Below are positions 1 through 9,347 of a DNA stretch of 64,000 nt, piece by piece. The position numbers and the translations under genes are program-made. This stretch comes from Hydrogenophaga sp. (GTDB lineage Bacteria; Pseudomonadota; Gammaproteobacteria; Burkholderiales; Burkholderiaceae_C), in the NCBI GenBank assembly GCA_030682835.1, contig JAUXNG010000085.1:6443-70442 (forward strand), written 5' to 3'. Every line of letters starts with the position of its first letter. The stretch's first letter is position 1. The notes under the pieces are model-generated. The model had not been told where the DNA came from. It saw only the letters and a list, made by a program, of their open reading frames with translations, and made no database searches.

Positions 1-193
1 CTTACCTGAGGCGCGCGCCGTGACCGCGCTTGCCATGTACACCGCCTGCAGCGGTACGAACCCTTGCCGCGCCCACCCCAATGTGCTGTTGAAACCATGG
101 AACACAGCAGCGACCCGTTTCGAGGACAGCGTCTGCGGGCATGTCCGCGAAAACCCCGATGCCTTCCCGGTGCCGGGGGTTTGATAATGAAAT

Positions 194-204
194 TTGTATG
201 ACAA
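194..204. promoter_or_regulatory. Putative FadR/GntR-subfamily operator (TTGTATGACAA) upstream of TRAP operon 1
   Basis: Near-palindrome TTGT-N3-ACAA 44 nt upstream of the dctP start; fits the TNGT-N3-ACNA pattern of FadR-subfamily sites. Confidence 0.5.
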
Positions 205-247
205 CCTGAGGTGTCTTCCTGACCCTCAATACCCACAGGAGACAAAG

Positions 248-1240
248 ATGAAGATTTCTCGTCGTTTGAGCACGCTGGGCCTCGCTTGCGGCCTGGCTCT
301 GGGCTTGTCGGGTGTGGCGGTCACCGCTCACGCGCAGACCACGATGCGCATCAACATTTCGGTGGCAAAAGATTCTCACCAGGGCGTGGGTATCGATACG
401 TTTGCTCAGGAAGTCGAGCAGCGCACCGGTGGTCGTTACAAGATTCAGACGTTCTACTCCGGCTCCCTGGGCGGAGAGCGCGAGTCGATTGAAGCGGTTC
501 AGCTGGGAACACATGAACTGACATTCACCTCGACCGGTCCGGTTCCCAACTTTGTTCCAGAAGCGCGTATTCTGGATATTCCTTTCCTGTTTCGTGACAA
601 GGCACATGCCCGTGCGGTGCTGGACGGCCCCATTGGGCAGGACATGCTCACCAAGTTCGACAGCAAAGGCATCAAGGCACTCGGCTGGGGTGAAAACGGC
701 GTTCGTCACATGACCAACAATCGGCGGGCCGTCAACAGTCCGGACGATCTCAAGGGTCTGAAGATGCGCACCATGGAAAACCCGGTGCACGTGGCTGCGT
801 ACAAGGGCTTGGGCATTGTCACGACGCCAATGGCATTCCCGGAAGTGTTCACCGCGTTGCAGCAAGGCACGGTCGACGGTCAGGAGAATCCCCTCTCGGT
901 GATCATGGCGGCCAAGTTTGTGCAGGTGCAAAAGCACATGTCTCTCACAGGTCACGTGTATTCGCCAGCCATCTTTCTGATGAACAAGGGCGTTTTCGAC
1001 AAGCTCAGCGCAGCAGACAAGCAGCACTTCCTGGAGGCAGCCAAGGTGGCGGTCAAGGCGAATCGCGAGCGGGTTGATGCGGACGACACCCGGGGTGTGG
1101 CCGATCTGAAAGCCCAGGGCATGCAGATTGTCGAGAACGTGGACAAGCAGCGTTTCATGGCCCAGCTGCAACCGGTGTATGCCGACTTTGAGAGGCAGTT
1201 CGGCAAAGAGAACATCGACCGGATCCGCAACTTCAAATAA
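248..1240 (+). CDS. dctP: TRAP transporter substrate-binding protein (DctP family)
   Basis: Signal peptide; motifs ENGVRH, DLKGLKMRT, ALQQGTVDGQENP; start placed at ATG 248 after AGGAGAC RBS. Confidence 0.93.
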   Translation: MKISRRLSTLGLACGLALGLSGVAVTAHAQTTMRINISVAKDSHQGVGIDTFAQEVEQRTGGRYKIQTFYSGSLGGERESIEAVQLGTHELTFTSTGPVPNFVPEARILDIPFLFRDKAHARAVLDGPIGQDMLTKFDSKGIKALGWGENGVRHMTNNRRAVNSPDDLKGLKMRTMENPVHVAAYKGLGIVTTPMAFPEVFTALQQGTVDGQENPLSVIMAAKFVQVQKHMSLTGHVYSPAIFLMNKGVFDKLSAADKQHFLEAAKVAVKANRERVDADDTRGVADLKAQGMQIVENVDKQRFMAQLQPVYADFERQFGKENIDRIRNFK

Positions 1241-1248
1241 AGCCCGGC

Positions 1249-1279
1249 AGGTGGCGCTCTCTTTCGGAAAGCGCCACCT
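1249..1279 (+). terminator. Stem-loop after dctP (attenuator or mRNA-stabilising hairpin)
   Basis: AGGTGGCGCT...AGCGCCACCT 10-bp stem with only a short T tract. Confidence 0.55.
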
Positions 1280-1334
1280 TTGCCCCGATCGCTGGACACC
1301 GACTGCCTGACGGGATGTCGCCGCGCTTGACCCT

Positions 1335-1829
1335 ATGAAACATGCTTTTCTACGCTTTGAGCGCCTGACCACCCAGCTGGCCATGCTGGTGGCCTGCGCG
1401 ATGATGGCCGTTGCCGCCGCTCTGGGCATGTACCAGATCATCACGCGGTTCATCTTGCAATCGCCCGCTGAATGGACCGAGGTCATGATCCGGTTCACCC
1501 TCATCTGGATGGTGTTCCTTGGCGTGCCGGCGGCATTTCGCATTGGCGCCATGATCAGCGTGGATGTGCTTTACCGCTGGAGCCCCCCCCGCGTGAAACG
1601 GGTGCTCGACTACGTGGTCAGCATCGCTTCTCTCTTGCTCATTGCCATCATCATCTGGTGGGGGTGGGACTATGCCCAGCGCGGCAGCGTGCAATCCATG
1701 ATCGGGCTGGAAAATGTATCCATGATCTGGGCCTACATGGCCATGCCGGTGGGTGGTGTTTTCAGCGCCATTGCCATCGTGGGTAACCTGCTGGATCCAC
1801 AGCGCCAGGAACTGGAGACTCAGCAATGA
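1335..1829 (+). CDS. dctQ: TRAP transporter small permease (DctQ)
   Basis: 164 aa, four TM segments, WTEVMIRF and SVD motifs, between dctP and dctM. Confidence 0.9.
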   Translation: MKHAFLRFERLTTQLAMLVACAMMAVAAALGMYQIITRFILQSPAEWTEVMIRFTLIWMVFLGVPAAFRIGAMISVDVLYRWSPPRVKRVLDYVVSIASLLLIAIIIWWGWDYAQRGSVQSMIGLENVSMIWAYMAMPVGGVFSAIAIVGNLLDPQRQELETQQ

Positions 1830-3103
1830 CCCCCGTCATGCTCATCACGATGGCCTTGTGCTTTCTGCTGACGATTTCCGTCGCAGTCTCGATCGGCCTG
1901 GCTTCCATCCTCGGCATTCACCTTTCAAACGTGAACATGTTGATTTCGGTGAAGGAGCTCTTCTCATCGATCAACAAGTTTCCACTGGCCGCTATTCCGT
2001 TTTTCATTCTGGCTGGCAACATCATGGACACCGGCGGCATTTCACGCCGACTGGTCGAGTTCGCCAAGAGCATCGTCGGCGGTGTGCAGGGCGGCCTGCC
2101 CATGACCATGGTGCTCACCTGCATGATTTTTGCAGCGGTCTCCGGGTCGTCGGTGGCAACCACCTTCGCCATCGGCGCGATCCTCATTCCGGCACTGGTG
2201 AAACACGGGTACCCGCGCCCCTATGCCGCGTCCCTGCAGGCGACGAGCGCCGAACTCGGGGTGATCATTCCTCCGTCGATTCCCTTGATCCTGTACGGTG
2301 TGAGTGCCGAGGTCTCAATTGGCGAGCTGTTCATTGCTGGCGTCGGCCCGGGACTTTTCATCGGCGGTGCACTCATGCTGTTTGTGTGGGCATATTGCAA
2401 GTACAAGGGCTGGGGCAAAAACGATGGCGAGGGCCGTCTGGGCGTGGGCAAGGCCACTATGAAGGCAGGTTGGGCGCTACTCATGCCGGTCATCATTCTT
2501 GGCGGCATCTACGGTGGAGTGTTCACCCCCACCGAGGCCGCCGCTGTGGCCGTGTTTTACGCGCTGCTGGTGGGGATGGTGATTTACCGCGAAATCCGCA
2601 TCACCGATCTTCTTGGAATCTTGCGCAAGTCGGTGCTGTCCAGCGCGGTGATCATGTTCATCATTGCCAACGCCGGCTTGTTCGCCTTCCTCCTGACCCG
2701 TGCCGGTGTGCCTGAGGCAATCGGTCTGTGGCTTAAGGACATCCTCGAATCGCCAGGACTGTTCCTGCTGGGGGTCAATCTCACACTCTTCCTGATCGGC
2801 ATGTTTATCGAAACCAGCGCAGCCATTTTGGTGCTGGCCCCGATCCTGGTGCCAGTGGCTATGTATTTCGGAATTGACCCCGTGCATTTCGGCCTCATCA
2901 TGGTTGTCAACTTGGCCATGGGCATGATCACGCCGCCCTTCGGCGTCAACCTGTTTGCCGCCTGTACGGTAGCCAGACTCTCGCTGGACAAGGTCATCAA
3001 AGACCTGATTCCGTTTGTCTTGGTGGTGTTCGCGTGTCTGATGATCATCACCTACGTTCCGTCGCTCTCACTGACCCTGCGCGACCTCGTATACGCCCGT
3101 TGA
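1826..3103 (+). CDS. dctM: TRAP transporter large permease (DctM)
   Basis: AIPFFILAGNIM, SGSSVAT, IIPPSIP, FTPTEAAA, GIDPVHFG, ITPPFG motifs; ATGA overlap with dctQ. Confidence 0.95.
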   Translation: MTPVMLITMALCFLLTISVAVSIGLASILGIHLSNVNMLISVKELFSSINKFPLAAIPFFILAGNIMDTGGISRRLVEFAKSIVGGVQGGLPMTMVLTCMIFAAVSGSSVATTFAIGAILIPALVKHGYPRPYAASLQATSAELGVIIPPSIPLILYGVSAEVSIGELFIAGVGPGLFIGGALMLFVWAYCKYKGWGKNDGEGRLGVGKATMKAGWALLMPVIILGGIYGGVFTPTEAAAVAVFYALLVGMVIYREIRITDLLGILRKSVLSSAVIMFIIANAGLFAFLLTRAGVPEAIGLWLKDILESPGLFLLGVNLTLFLIGMFIETSAAILVLAPILVPVAMYFGIDPVHFGLIMVVNLAMGMITPPFGVNLFAACTVARLSLDKVIKDLIPFVLVVFACLMIITYVPSLSLTLRDLVYAR

Positions 3104-3119
3104 CAGCAGTCCCTGCGCC

Positions 3120-4547
3120 ATGAACTTCATCGATAACCAGCGGCAGGCAGCGGCCTCGGGCCAGACGCTGTCCATGATCGACCCTGCCACAGGACAAGCC
3201 TTTGACTCGATCGCCCGTAGCGGTGCAGACGACGTGGACCAAGCGGTGCGCAGTGCGCGCCAGGCGCAGGACCAGGTCTGGGGTCGCACCCCGGCGGCGG
3301 AGCGGGGGCGTCTGCTCATGGCGCTGTCGCGCGCGGTGGCCGCGCACGCTGATGAACTCGCGTCGATCGAGCAGCATGACTGCGGCAAGCCCACGCGGCA
3401 GGCCGAGGCTGACGCACTGGCACTGGTGCGCTACTTCGAGTTTTATGCCGGGGCCTGCGACAAGCTGCATGGCGAGACCATTCCCTATCAAGACGGGTAC
3501 AGCGTCCTGACCTGGCGCGAGCCGCATGGGGTGACGGGCCACGTCATCCCATGGAACTACCCGATGCAGATCTTCGGTCGCAGCGTGGGCGGTGCGCTGG
3601 CGGCGGGCAACAGCTGCGTGGTGAAACCGTCGGAGGACGCCTGCCTGTCTCTGCTGCGCGTGGCCGAGTTGGCCGCTGAAGTGGGTCTGCCCCCCGGCGT
3701 GCTCAACATCGTCACCGGCTATGGCCACGAAGTAGGTGACGCGCTGGCGCGCCACCCGGGCATTGACCACATCAGCTTCACCGGCAGCCCGCGCGTGGGC
3801 ACACTGATCCAGCAGGTCGCCGCGGAGCGCCACTGCCCGGTGACGCTGGAGCTCGGTGGCAAGGGTCCGCAGATTGTCTTCGCCGACGCCGACCTCGACG
3901 CCGCCGTGCCGGTTCTCCTCAACGCCATCGTGCAGAACGCGGGCCAGACCTGCTCAGCCGGCTCCCGCCTCCTGGTGGAAGCCTCGCTGTACGAACCCTT
4001 GCTGGAGCGGCTGGGCACAGCCTTCACTCGTCTGCGCGCTGGACCGCCGCTCATGGACCTCGACCTGGGTCCGCTGATCCGGGCCAGTCAGCTGGAGCGC
4101 GTGGACGCTTTCCTGGCGCAGGCCCATGCCGATGGCATCGCCACGGTGGCCACGGGCCAGATCGTGGCGGAGTCCGATGCCGGTGGCTTCTACCGCGCGC
4201 CCGTGCTGCTGCGCGATGTGCCGGTGCAGCACCGGCTGGCGCAGGAAGAAGTATTCGGCCCTGTGCTCTCGGCCATGTGTTTCCGCGATGAGGACGAGGC
4301 CGTTTCCATGGCCAACGCCACCGACTTCGGGCTGGTCGCCGGGGTCTGGACGCGGGACGGCGCGCGGCAGTTCCGCATGGCCCGCGCCGTGCGAGCCGGT
4401 CAGGTCTTCGTCAACAACTACGGCGCCGGCGGCGGAGTGGAGTTGCCCTTCGGCGGCACCCGCGCCAGCGGCCACGGCCGTGAAAAAGGCTTCGAAGCCC
4501 TGTACGGTTTCACCACCCTCAAGACAGTGGCCTTCCGCCACGGATGA
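3120..4547 (+). CDS. Aldehyde dehydrogenase family protein
   Basis: IPWNYP, FTGS, LELGGKGP, GQTCSAG (catalytic Cys), EEVFGPV. Confidence 0.93.
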   Translation: MNFIDNQRQAAASGQTLSMIDPATGQAFDSIARSGADDVDQAVRSARQAQDQVWGRTPAAERGRLLMALSRAVAAHADELASIEQHDCGKPTRQAEADALALVRYFEFYAGACDKLHGETIPYQDGYSVLTWREPHGVTGHVIPWNYPMQIFGRSVGGALAAGNSCVVKPSEDACLSLLRVAELAAEVGLPPGVLNIVTGYGHEVGDALARHPGIDHISFTGSPRVGTLIQQVAAERHCPVTLELGGKGPQIVFADADLDAAVPVLLNAIVQNAGQTCSAGSRLLVEASLYEPLLERLGTAFTRLRAGPPLMDLDLGPLIRASQLERVDAFLAQAHADGIATVATGQIVAESDAGGFYRAPVLLRDVPVQHRLAQEEVFGPVLSAMCFRDEDEAVSMANATDFGLVAGVWTRDGARQFRMARAVRAGQVFVNNYGAGGGVELPFGGTRASGHGREKGFEALYGFTTLKTVAFRHG

Positions 4548-4617
4548 AGCTCTCGCCAGTGGCAGACGTTGGCCACTGCGAACGCTGCGCCGCATCAACC
4601 CATTCAAGGACACGCCC

Positions 4618-5379
4618 ATGCGCCTCACCGGCAAATCCATCATCGTCACCGGCGCCGCTGGCGGCATCGGGGAAGGCATTGCGCGCCGCCTGGCCGAAGA
4701 AGGCGCGCAGGTCATCGTCAACGATCTCATGGCCGAGCAAGGCCAGGCGGTGGCCGCCAGCATCCGCGTCAGCGGCGGCCAAGCCACGTTTTTCGAGGCC
4801 GACGTCACGCGCTCGGCCGACATGAAGGCCCTGGTCGAATCCGCCGTGCAGCGCCATGGCAAGCTTGATGCGGTGGTCAACAACGCCGGCTGGACCCACC
4901 GCAACCAGCCCGCGCTCGACGTGAGTGAAGACGAGTTCGACCGGTGCTACGCGGTGAATGTGAAAAGCATCTACCTCTCGACGGTGCACGCCGTGCCGCA
5001 TCTGCGCGCCAACGGCGGCGGCAGCTTCATCAACATTGCCTCCACCGCCGGCGTTCGCCCACGCCCGGGCCTGACCTGGTACAACGGCTCGAAGGGTGCG
5101 GTCATCACCACGTCCAAGTCACTGGCCGCCGAACTCGGCCCTGACAACATCCGGGTCAACTGCATCAACCCGGTGATGAATCCCACCACCGGTCTGGGCA
5201 CTGCGTTTGCCGGTGGCGAACTCACCGAAGATCGCCTGGCGAAGTTCCGCGCCACCATCCCGCTGGGGCGCTTTTCAACCGCGCTGGACGTCGCCAATGC
5301 CGTGCTCTTCCTGGTCAGCGATGATGCCGCTTTCATCAACGGTGTGTGCCTGGAGGTGGACGGCGGTCGTTGCGTCTGA
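4618..5379 (+). CDS. SDR family oxidoreductase (FabG/TsaC-like)
   Basis: TGAAGGIG, NNAG, YNGSK, VDGG; start ATG 4618 after AAGGA. Confidence 0.9.
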   Translation: MRLTGKSIIVTGAAGGIGEGIARRLAEEGAQVIVNDLMAEQGQAVAASIRVSGGQATFFEADVTRSADMKALVESAVQRHGKLDAVVNNAGWTHRNQPALDVSEDEFDRCYAVNVKSIYLSTVHAVPHLRANGGGSFINIASTAGVRPRPGLTWYNGSKGAVITTSKSLAAELGPDNIRVNCINPVMNPTTGLGTAFAGGELTEDRLAKFRATIPLGRFSTALDVANAVLFLVSDDAAFINGVCLEVDGGRCV

Positions 5380-5425
5380 GGGCCAGCGCCTTCCATAGAC
5401 GCCGCCCCCAGTCGCGCCCCGGAGC

Positions 5426-6415
5426 TCAGCCAGCGGCCAGCTCCTTGCGTACCTGATTTGCTCGCGGCAGCGGCGCCACCGCGCCGTGGCCTTGTACCGC
5501 GATCGATGCCGCCACATTGGCCCAGCGTGCAGCCGTGAACAGGTCGTCGCCCGCGCACAGGCGCGCCAGCAGGTTGCCACTGAAGCAGTCGCCGGCCCCG
5601 GTGGCGTCCACCAGGGTTACCTGACGACCGCGCACGCGTTCCCGCGTGCCGCCGCTGCTCACCAGGGCGCCATCGGGGCCGAGCTTGAGCACCACGTCTT
5701 TCGCACCGTTGGCGTGGCACCAGTCCGCGATGGCCTCTGGCGCCTCCAGCCCGCTCAGGATCTGCATGTCTTCCAGGCTGGGCAGGAAGAGGTCGCAGTC
5801 GGCCAGCGCCGCGGTGAGGCAGGCGCGTGCGCGCGGCAGGGGCCAGAGCTTCAGGCGCAGGTTGGCGTCCAGCGAGACGCGCGTGCCGCTGAGCCTCGCG
5901 ATGGCCTGGGCCGCCAGCACCGTGTCGCAGGCCGAAGCCGAAATGGCCATCGAGATGCCCGACACGTGCAGCCAGCGGCTGTGCTGCAAGCGCTCGGCCA
6001 CCGGTGCTGCATCCAGCCATGCCGGGCTCATGCGGCTGGCTGCCGAGCCGGCGCGGCGGTAGCTGAACTGGTGTCCGGCGGGCCCGTGCGTGACGAAGTA
6101 CAGCCCGGTGTCCTCCCCCGGGGCCAGCGTGATGCCGCCGGTGTCCACGCCTTCGGCCTGCCACAAGGCCAGCAAGGATTCACCAAAGGTGTCGGCACCC
6201 AGCCGCGTGAGGTAGCTGCAGCGCGCACCCGCGCGGGCGGCGGCGATGGTAGCGTTGCTGGTGTCGCCGCCAAAGCCTTGCAGGAAATCCGGGGCCTGGG
6301 GCCGGGTCTGGTTGAACTCCACCATGGCTTCACCGAGGCCGCAGACGTCAAAGCGGCGCGCGAGGTGGCGGTCAGTGGGATCGGTCGGAGCCGGTGCGGT
6401 GCGGGTGTCGGTCAT
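5426..6415 (-). CDS. kdgK: PfkB-family sugar kinase, probable 2-keto-3-deoxygluconate kinase
   Basis: GEAMVEF, GGDTSN, YRRAGSAA, DANLRLKLW, DATGAGDCF; start uncertain. Confidence 0.8.
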   Translation of the reverse strand: MTDTRTAPAPTDPTDRHLARRFDVCGLGEAMVEFNQTRPQAPDFLQGFGGDTSNATIAAARAGARCSYLTRLGADTFGESLLALWQAEGVDTGGITLAPGEDTGLYFVTHGPAGHQFSYRRAGSAASRMSPAWLDAAPVAERLQHSRWLHVSGISMAISASACDTVLAAQAIARLSGTRVSLDANLRLKLWPLPRARACLTAALADCDLFLPSLEDMQILSGLEAPEAIADWCHANGAKDVVLKLGPDGALVSSGGTRERVRGRQVTLVDATGAGDCFSGNLLARLCAGDDLFTAARWANVAASIAVQGHGAVAPLPRANQVRKELAAG

Positions 6416-6440
6416 ACTACAAACAGGAGGTGATGAGTCG

Positions 6441-6974
6441 ATGGTGGAACAGCAAGCCGTGTGGCTGGTGATGGGGGTGTCGGGCAGTGGTAAGACATCG
6501 GTCGCGGGTGCGCTGGCCGAGGCCACCGGCGGGGTGTGGCTCGACGCCGACGACTACCATCCGCGACGCAACATCGAACGCATGACCCAGGGGCAGCCGC
6601 TGAGCGACGAGGACCGCTGGCCCTGGCTGGCGGCCGTGGCTGAGGCGGCGAGCCGCGCGCGTGGCGCCGTGCAGGCGCCGGTTTTTATGGCCTGCTCGGC
6701 GCTGAAGGCGTCTTACCGCCGCCTGCTGCGCGAGCGCCTGCCGGGTTTGCACACGCTGTACCTGGAGGGCGACGAGACGTTGATCTTTGATCGCATGTCG
6801 CGCCGGGACAACCACTACATGGGCGCAGGCATGTTGCACAGCCAGTTCCTCGACCTCGAGCCACCGCAGGCGGAGGCTGATGTGTTCGTGGTCGATATTC
6901 GCGCTGATCGCGCGGCGGTGGTGGCAGAAGCGCTGCGATGCGTGCACGAGCAGCGCGGCGCAGTGACACGCTGA
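6441..6974 (+). CDS. gntK: Gluconokinase (GntK/IdnK family)
   Basis: MGVSGSGKT P-loop, DADDYHP, PLSDEDRWPWL, ACSALKASYR, SQFLDLEPP; AGGAGG upstream. Confidence 0.9.
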   Translation: MVEQQAVWLVMGVSGSGKTSVAGALAEATGGVWLDADDYHPRRNIERMTQGQPLSDEDRWPWLAAVAEAASRARGAVQAPVFMACSALKASYRRLLRERLPGLHTLYLEGDETLIFDRMSRRDNHYMGAGMLHSQFLDLEPPQAEADVFVVDIRADRAAVVAEALRCVHEQRGAVTR

Positions 6975-6978
6975 GCGT

Positions 6979-7614
6979 TCAGCGGCAGGCATCTCGCCAG
7001 GCTGTGATGAACGCGCGGGCCTGGTGGCCTACCTGGGTGGCCGTGTCGCCGGGACGGTACAGGGCCGAGCCCAGACCGAAGCCATCCGCTCCCGCCGCAC
7101 GGTAGGGCGCCACCAGCGCGGGCGTGATGCCGCCCACCGGCAGCAAGCGGGCACTGGCCGGCAGCACGGTGCGCAGCGCCTTGAGCGCGGCGGGCTGCAC
7201 CGCCTCGGCCGGAAACACCTTGAGGGCGCTGGCACCCCATCGCAGGGCGTCGAAGGCCTCTGTCGGCGTCATGACGCCGGGCACGCTCACCAGTCCGCGC
7301 GTCACAGTGGCCTCGACCACCGGACGGTCCAGGTGGGGCGATACGACGAGCAGGCCGCCGGCCGATTCCACCTGGTGTACCTGTTCCGCTTCGGTCACGG
7401 TGCCTGCGCCGATCAAGGCGTGCGGCCACTCGCGGGCAAGCGCCTCGATGCTCTTGAGCGCCCGCGGCGAAGTCAGTGGCACTTCGATGAGTCGAAAGCC
7501 AGCCTCGATCAGGGCAGAGCCCACGGAAAAAACGTCATCGGGCGTCAGGCCGCGCAGGATCGCCACCAGGGGCAACTCGCGCAGGGCGGTTTCGAAATCG
7601 TTGAGCGCTCGCAT
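6979..7614 (-). CDS. dgoA: 2-dehydro-3-deoxy-6-phosphogalactonate aldolase (KDPG/KDPGal aldolase family)
   Basis: PLVAILRG, IEVPL, GAGTV, TPTEA, LKVFPAE, PVGGI; adjacent to dgoK. Confidence 0.88.
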   Translation of the reverse strand: MRALNDFETALRELPLVAILRGLTPDDVFSVGSALIEAGFRLIEVPLTSPRALKSIEALAREWPHALIGAGTVTEAEQVHQVESAGGLLVVSPHLDRPVVEATVTRGLVSVPGVMTPTEAFDALRWGASALKVFPAEAVQPAALKALRTVLPASARLLPVGGITPALVAPYRAAGADGFGLGSALYRPGDTATQVGHQARAFITAWRDACR

Positions 7615-7656
7615 GGGAGTTCGGCAAAAAGATGGGAAGGCGTGCAAGGGCGGGAG

Positions 7657-8559
7657 TCACTGCAGTTGCTGCAGTCGCCACAGTGCCCGGTAGCCGAGCT
7701 GGGCAGGGGCCTGCAGGGTGGGGATGTGGGCCAGCGACAAGGCCAGGCGGTAGCGCTCAACCAAGGCAGGGGCTCCCATCAGCACCACCGGAGGGTCAGT
7801 GGGCGCTGTTGATCTGGCTTCGTGCCGGATCTCTTCGCCAATGACCAAGCCGGACAGGTAGTGGCTCAGGCGCTGTGCGGGCACCTGGTCGAACAGCGCG
7901 AGCGTGCGCGTGCCAAAGGCGTTGTGCAGCAGTCCGCGGCCTTGCAGCGCGCGCTGCACCCCGTGGGTGAAAGCCTCGGTGTCCAGGGCCGTTGCGTCGG
8001 TGTCAGGCAGGGTGCGCGAGAGCAGCGACTGGTGGCGCAGCCACTGGTAGCACTCGCCGCTCATGTGGGTGCGAAAGGATGTGATGCGCTCCCCCCGCAC
8101 CTGCACCCATTTGCTGTGCGTGCCGGGCAGTACCAGGGTGGCGTCTTGCAGATGCAAGGCCTCAAGAGCGCCGAAGATCTGCACCTCTTCGCCGCGCATC
8201 ACATCCGGCGGGGCGGCCCAGGCCTCGGCCCCGGGTGTGTTCGGCTGACACAGCCCAGGCACCATGGCCAGGCGCCCCGGCACCAGCCAGTGCAGTGCAC
8301 CGGCCAGGTCGTTCAGACCGGCCGGGCAGGGACAGTAGGGGGCTTCCTGCCAGCCCTGCCGGCTACCGACCATGCCCGCCATCAGGCACGGCGTGCCCGG
8401 CGTCCACCAGTCACCGAAAAGCGACTCGAACACCGTCTGGAAACCACCGGGCGCCACGCTCAGGATGCCGCGCTCGGCCTGCCGCTCGTCCAGCACGCGG
8501 CCCTTTGTATCCAGGCGAGCGCCGCGCAGGCTGCTCGTGCCCCAGTCTATTGCGATCAT
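7657..8559 (-). CDS. dgoK: 2-dehydro-3-deoxygalactonokinase
   Basis: IAIDWGTSSLR, GMVGSRQGW, DVMRGEEVQI, LPGTHSKW, YLSGLVIGEE. Confidence 0.92.
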   Translation of the reverse strand: MIAIDWGTSSLRGARLDTKGRVLDERQAERGILSVAPGGFQTVFESLFGDWWTPGTPCLMAGMVGSRQGWQEAPYCPCPAGLNDLAGALHWLVPGRLAMVPGLCQPNTPGAEAWAAPPDVMRGEEVQIFGALEALHLQDATLVLPGTHSKWVQVRGERITSFRTHMSGECYQWLRHQSLLSRTLPDTDATALDTEAFTHGVQRALQGRGLLHNAFGTRTLALFDQVPAQRLSHYLSGLVIGEEIRHEARSTAPTDPPVVLMGAPALVERYRLALSLAHIPTLQAPAQLGYRALWRLQQLQ

Positions 8560-8572
8560 GCGTGACGCAGAA

Positions 8573-9331
8573 TCAACCGCGGCCCACAAACGGCATCCGG
8601 GTGGCCATCACCGTGGTGAACAGGATGTTGGCCGTGAGAGGCAATCGCGCCATGGTCATGAAGGTGTCGACCACGGCGGACATGTCCATGCGCGCTTCGG
8701 GGCGCACGCTGCCATCGGCCTGCGGCACACCGGCGGCCATGGCCGATGTCATGTCGCTGGCCACGTTGCCAATGTCGATCTGACCCACGGCAATATCGAA
8801 GGGGCGTCCGTCCAGCGACGCCGCCTTGGTCATGCCGGTGATGGCGTGCTTGGTGGCGGTGTAGGGAATGGAGCCCGGACGCGGCGTGTGGGCCGAGATG
8901 GAGCCGTTGTTGATGATGCGCCCACCCTGCGGGCGCTGTTCGCGCATGAGCGCGAAGGCGTTTGAGAGGCAGTAGAACGCGCCGTTGAGGTTGACCGCTA
9001 CCGAGCGGTGCCAGTCGTCCAGCGTGGTCAGGTCGGGCGACACCGAAGGGGTGAAGATACCGGCGTTGTTGAACAGCAGGTCCAGCCGGCCGTGCTGGCG
9101 CCTGACGTCGGCAAACAGCCGCGAAACAGCGGCCGGGTCGCCCACATCGGTCGCCGCCACATGCGCCGCGCCCTCGGCCGCCCCCGCGGCTTCGGCCATA
9201 TCGACAGTAGTCTGCAGCGCATCCGCACGGCGGCCCACCAGCACCACCTGCCAGCCCTCGGCCAGCAGGGCCAGTGCGCAGGCCCGGCCAATGCCGCCGC
9301 TGGCACCCGTCACCATTGCAATCTTGTCCAT
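8573..9331 (-). CDS. SDR family oxidoreductase
   Basis: TGASGGIG, FNNAG, INNGSIS, YTATK, QIDIGN; alternative start at 9337. Confidence 0.9.
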   Translation of the reverse strand: MDKIAMVTGASGGIGRACALALLAEGWQVVLVGRRADALQTTVDMAEAAGAAEGAAHVAATDVGDPAAVSRLFADVRRQHGRLDLLFNNAGIFTPSVSPDLTTLDDWHRSVAVNLNGAFYCLSNAFALMREQRPQGGRIINNGSISAHTPRPGSIPYTATKHAITGMTKAASLDGRPFDIAVGQIDIGNVASDMTSAMAAGVPQADGSVRPEARMDMSAVVDTFMTMARLPLTANILFTTVMATRMPFVGRG

Positions 9332-9347
9332 GTGCATTTCCCTGTGG

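Noticed and set aside
2-1552. Long antisense and alternate-frame ORFs (e.g. 2..1552, 24172..25953, 42220..44193, 56581..58374)
   Set aside because: They mirror well-recognised genes on the other strand, have no motifs, and are expected shadows of high-GC codon bias
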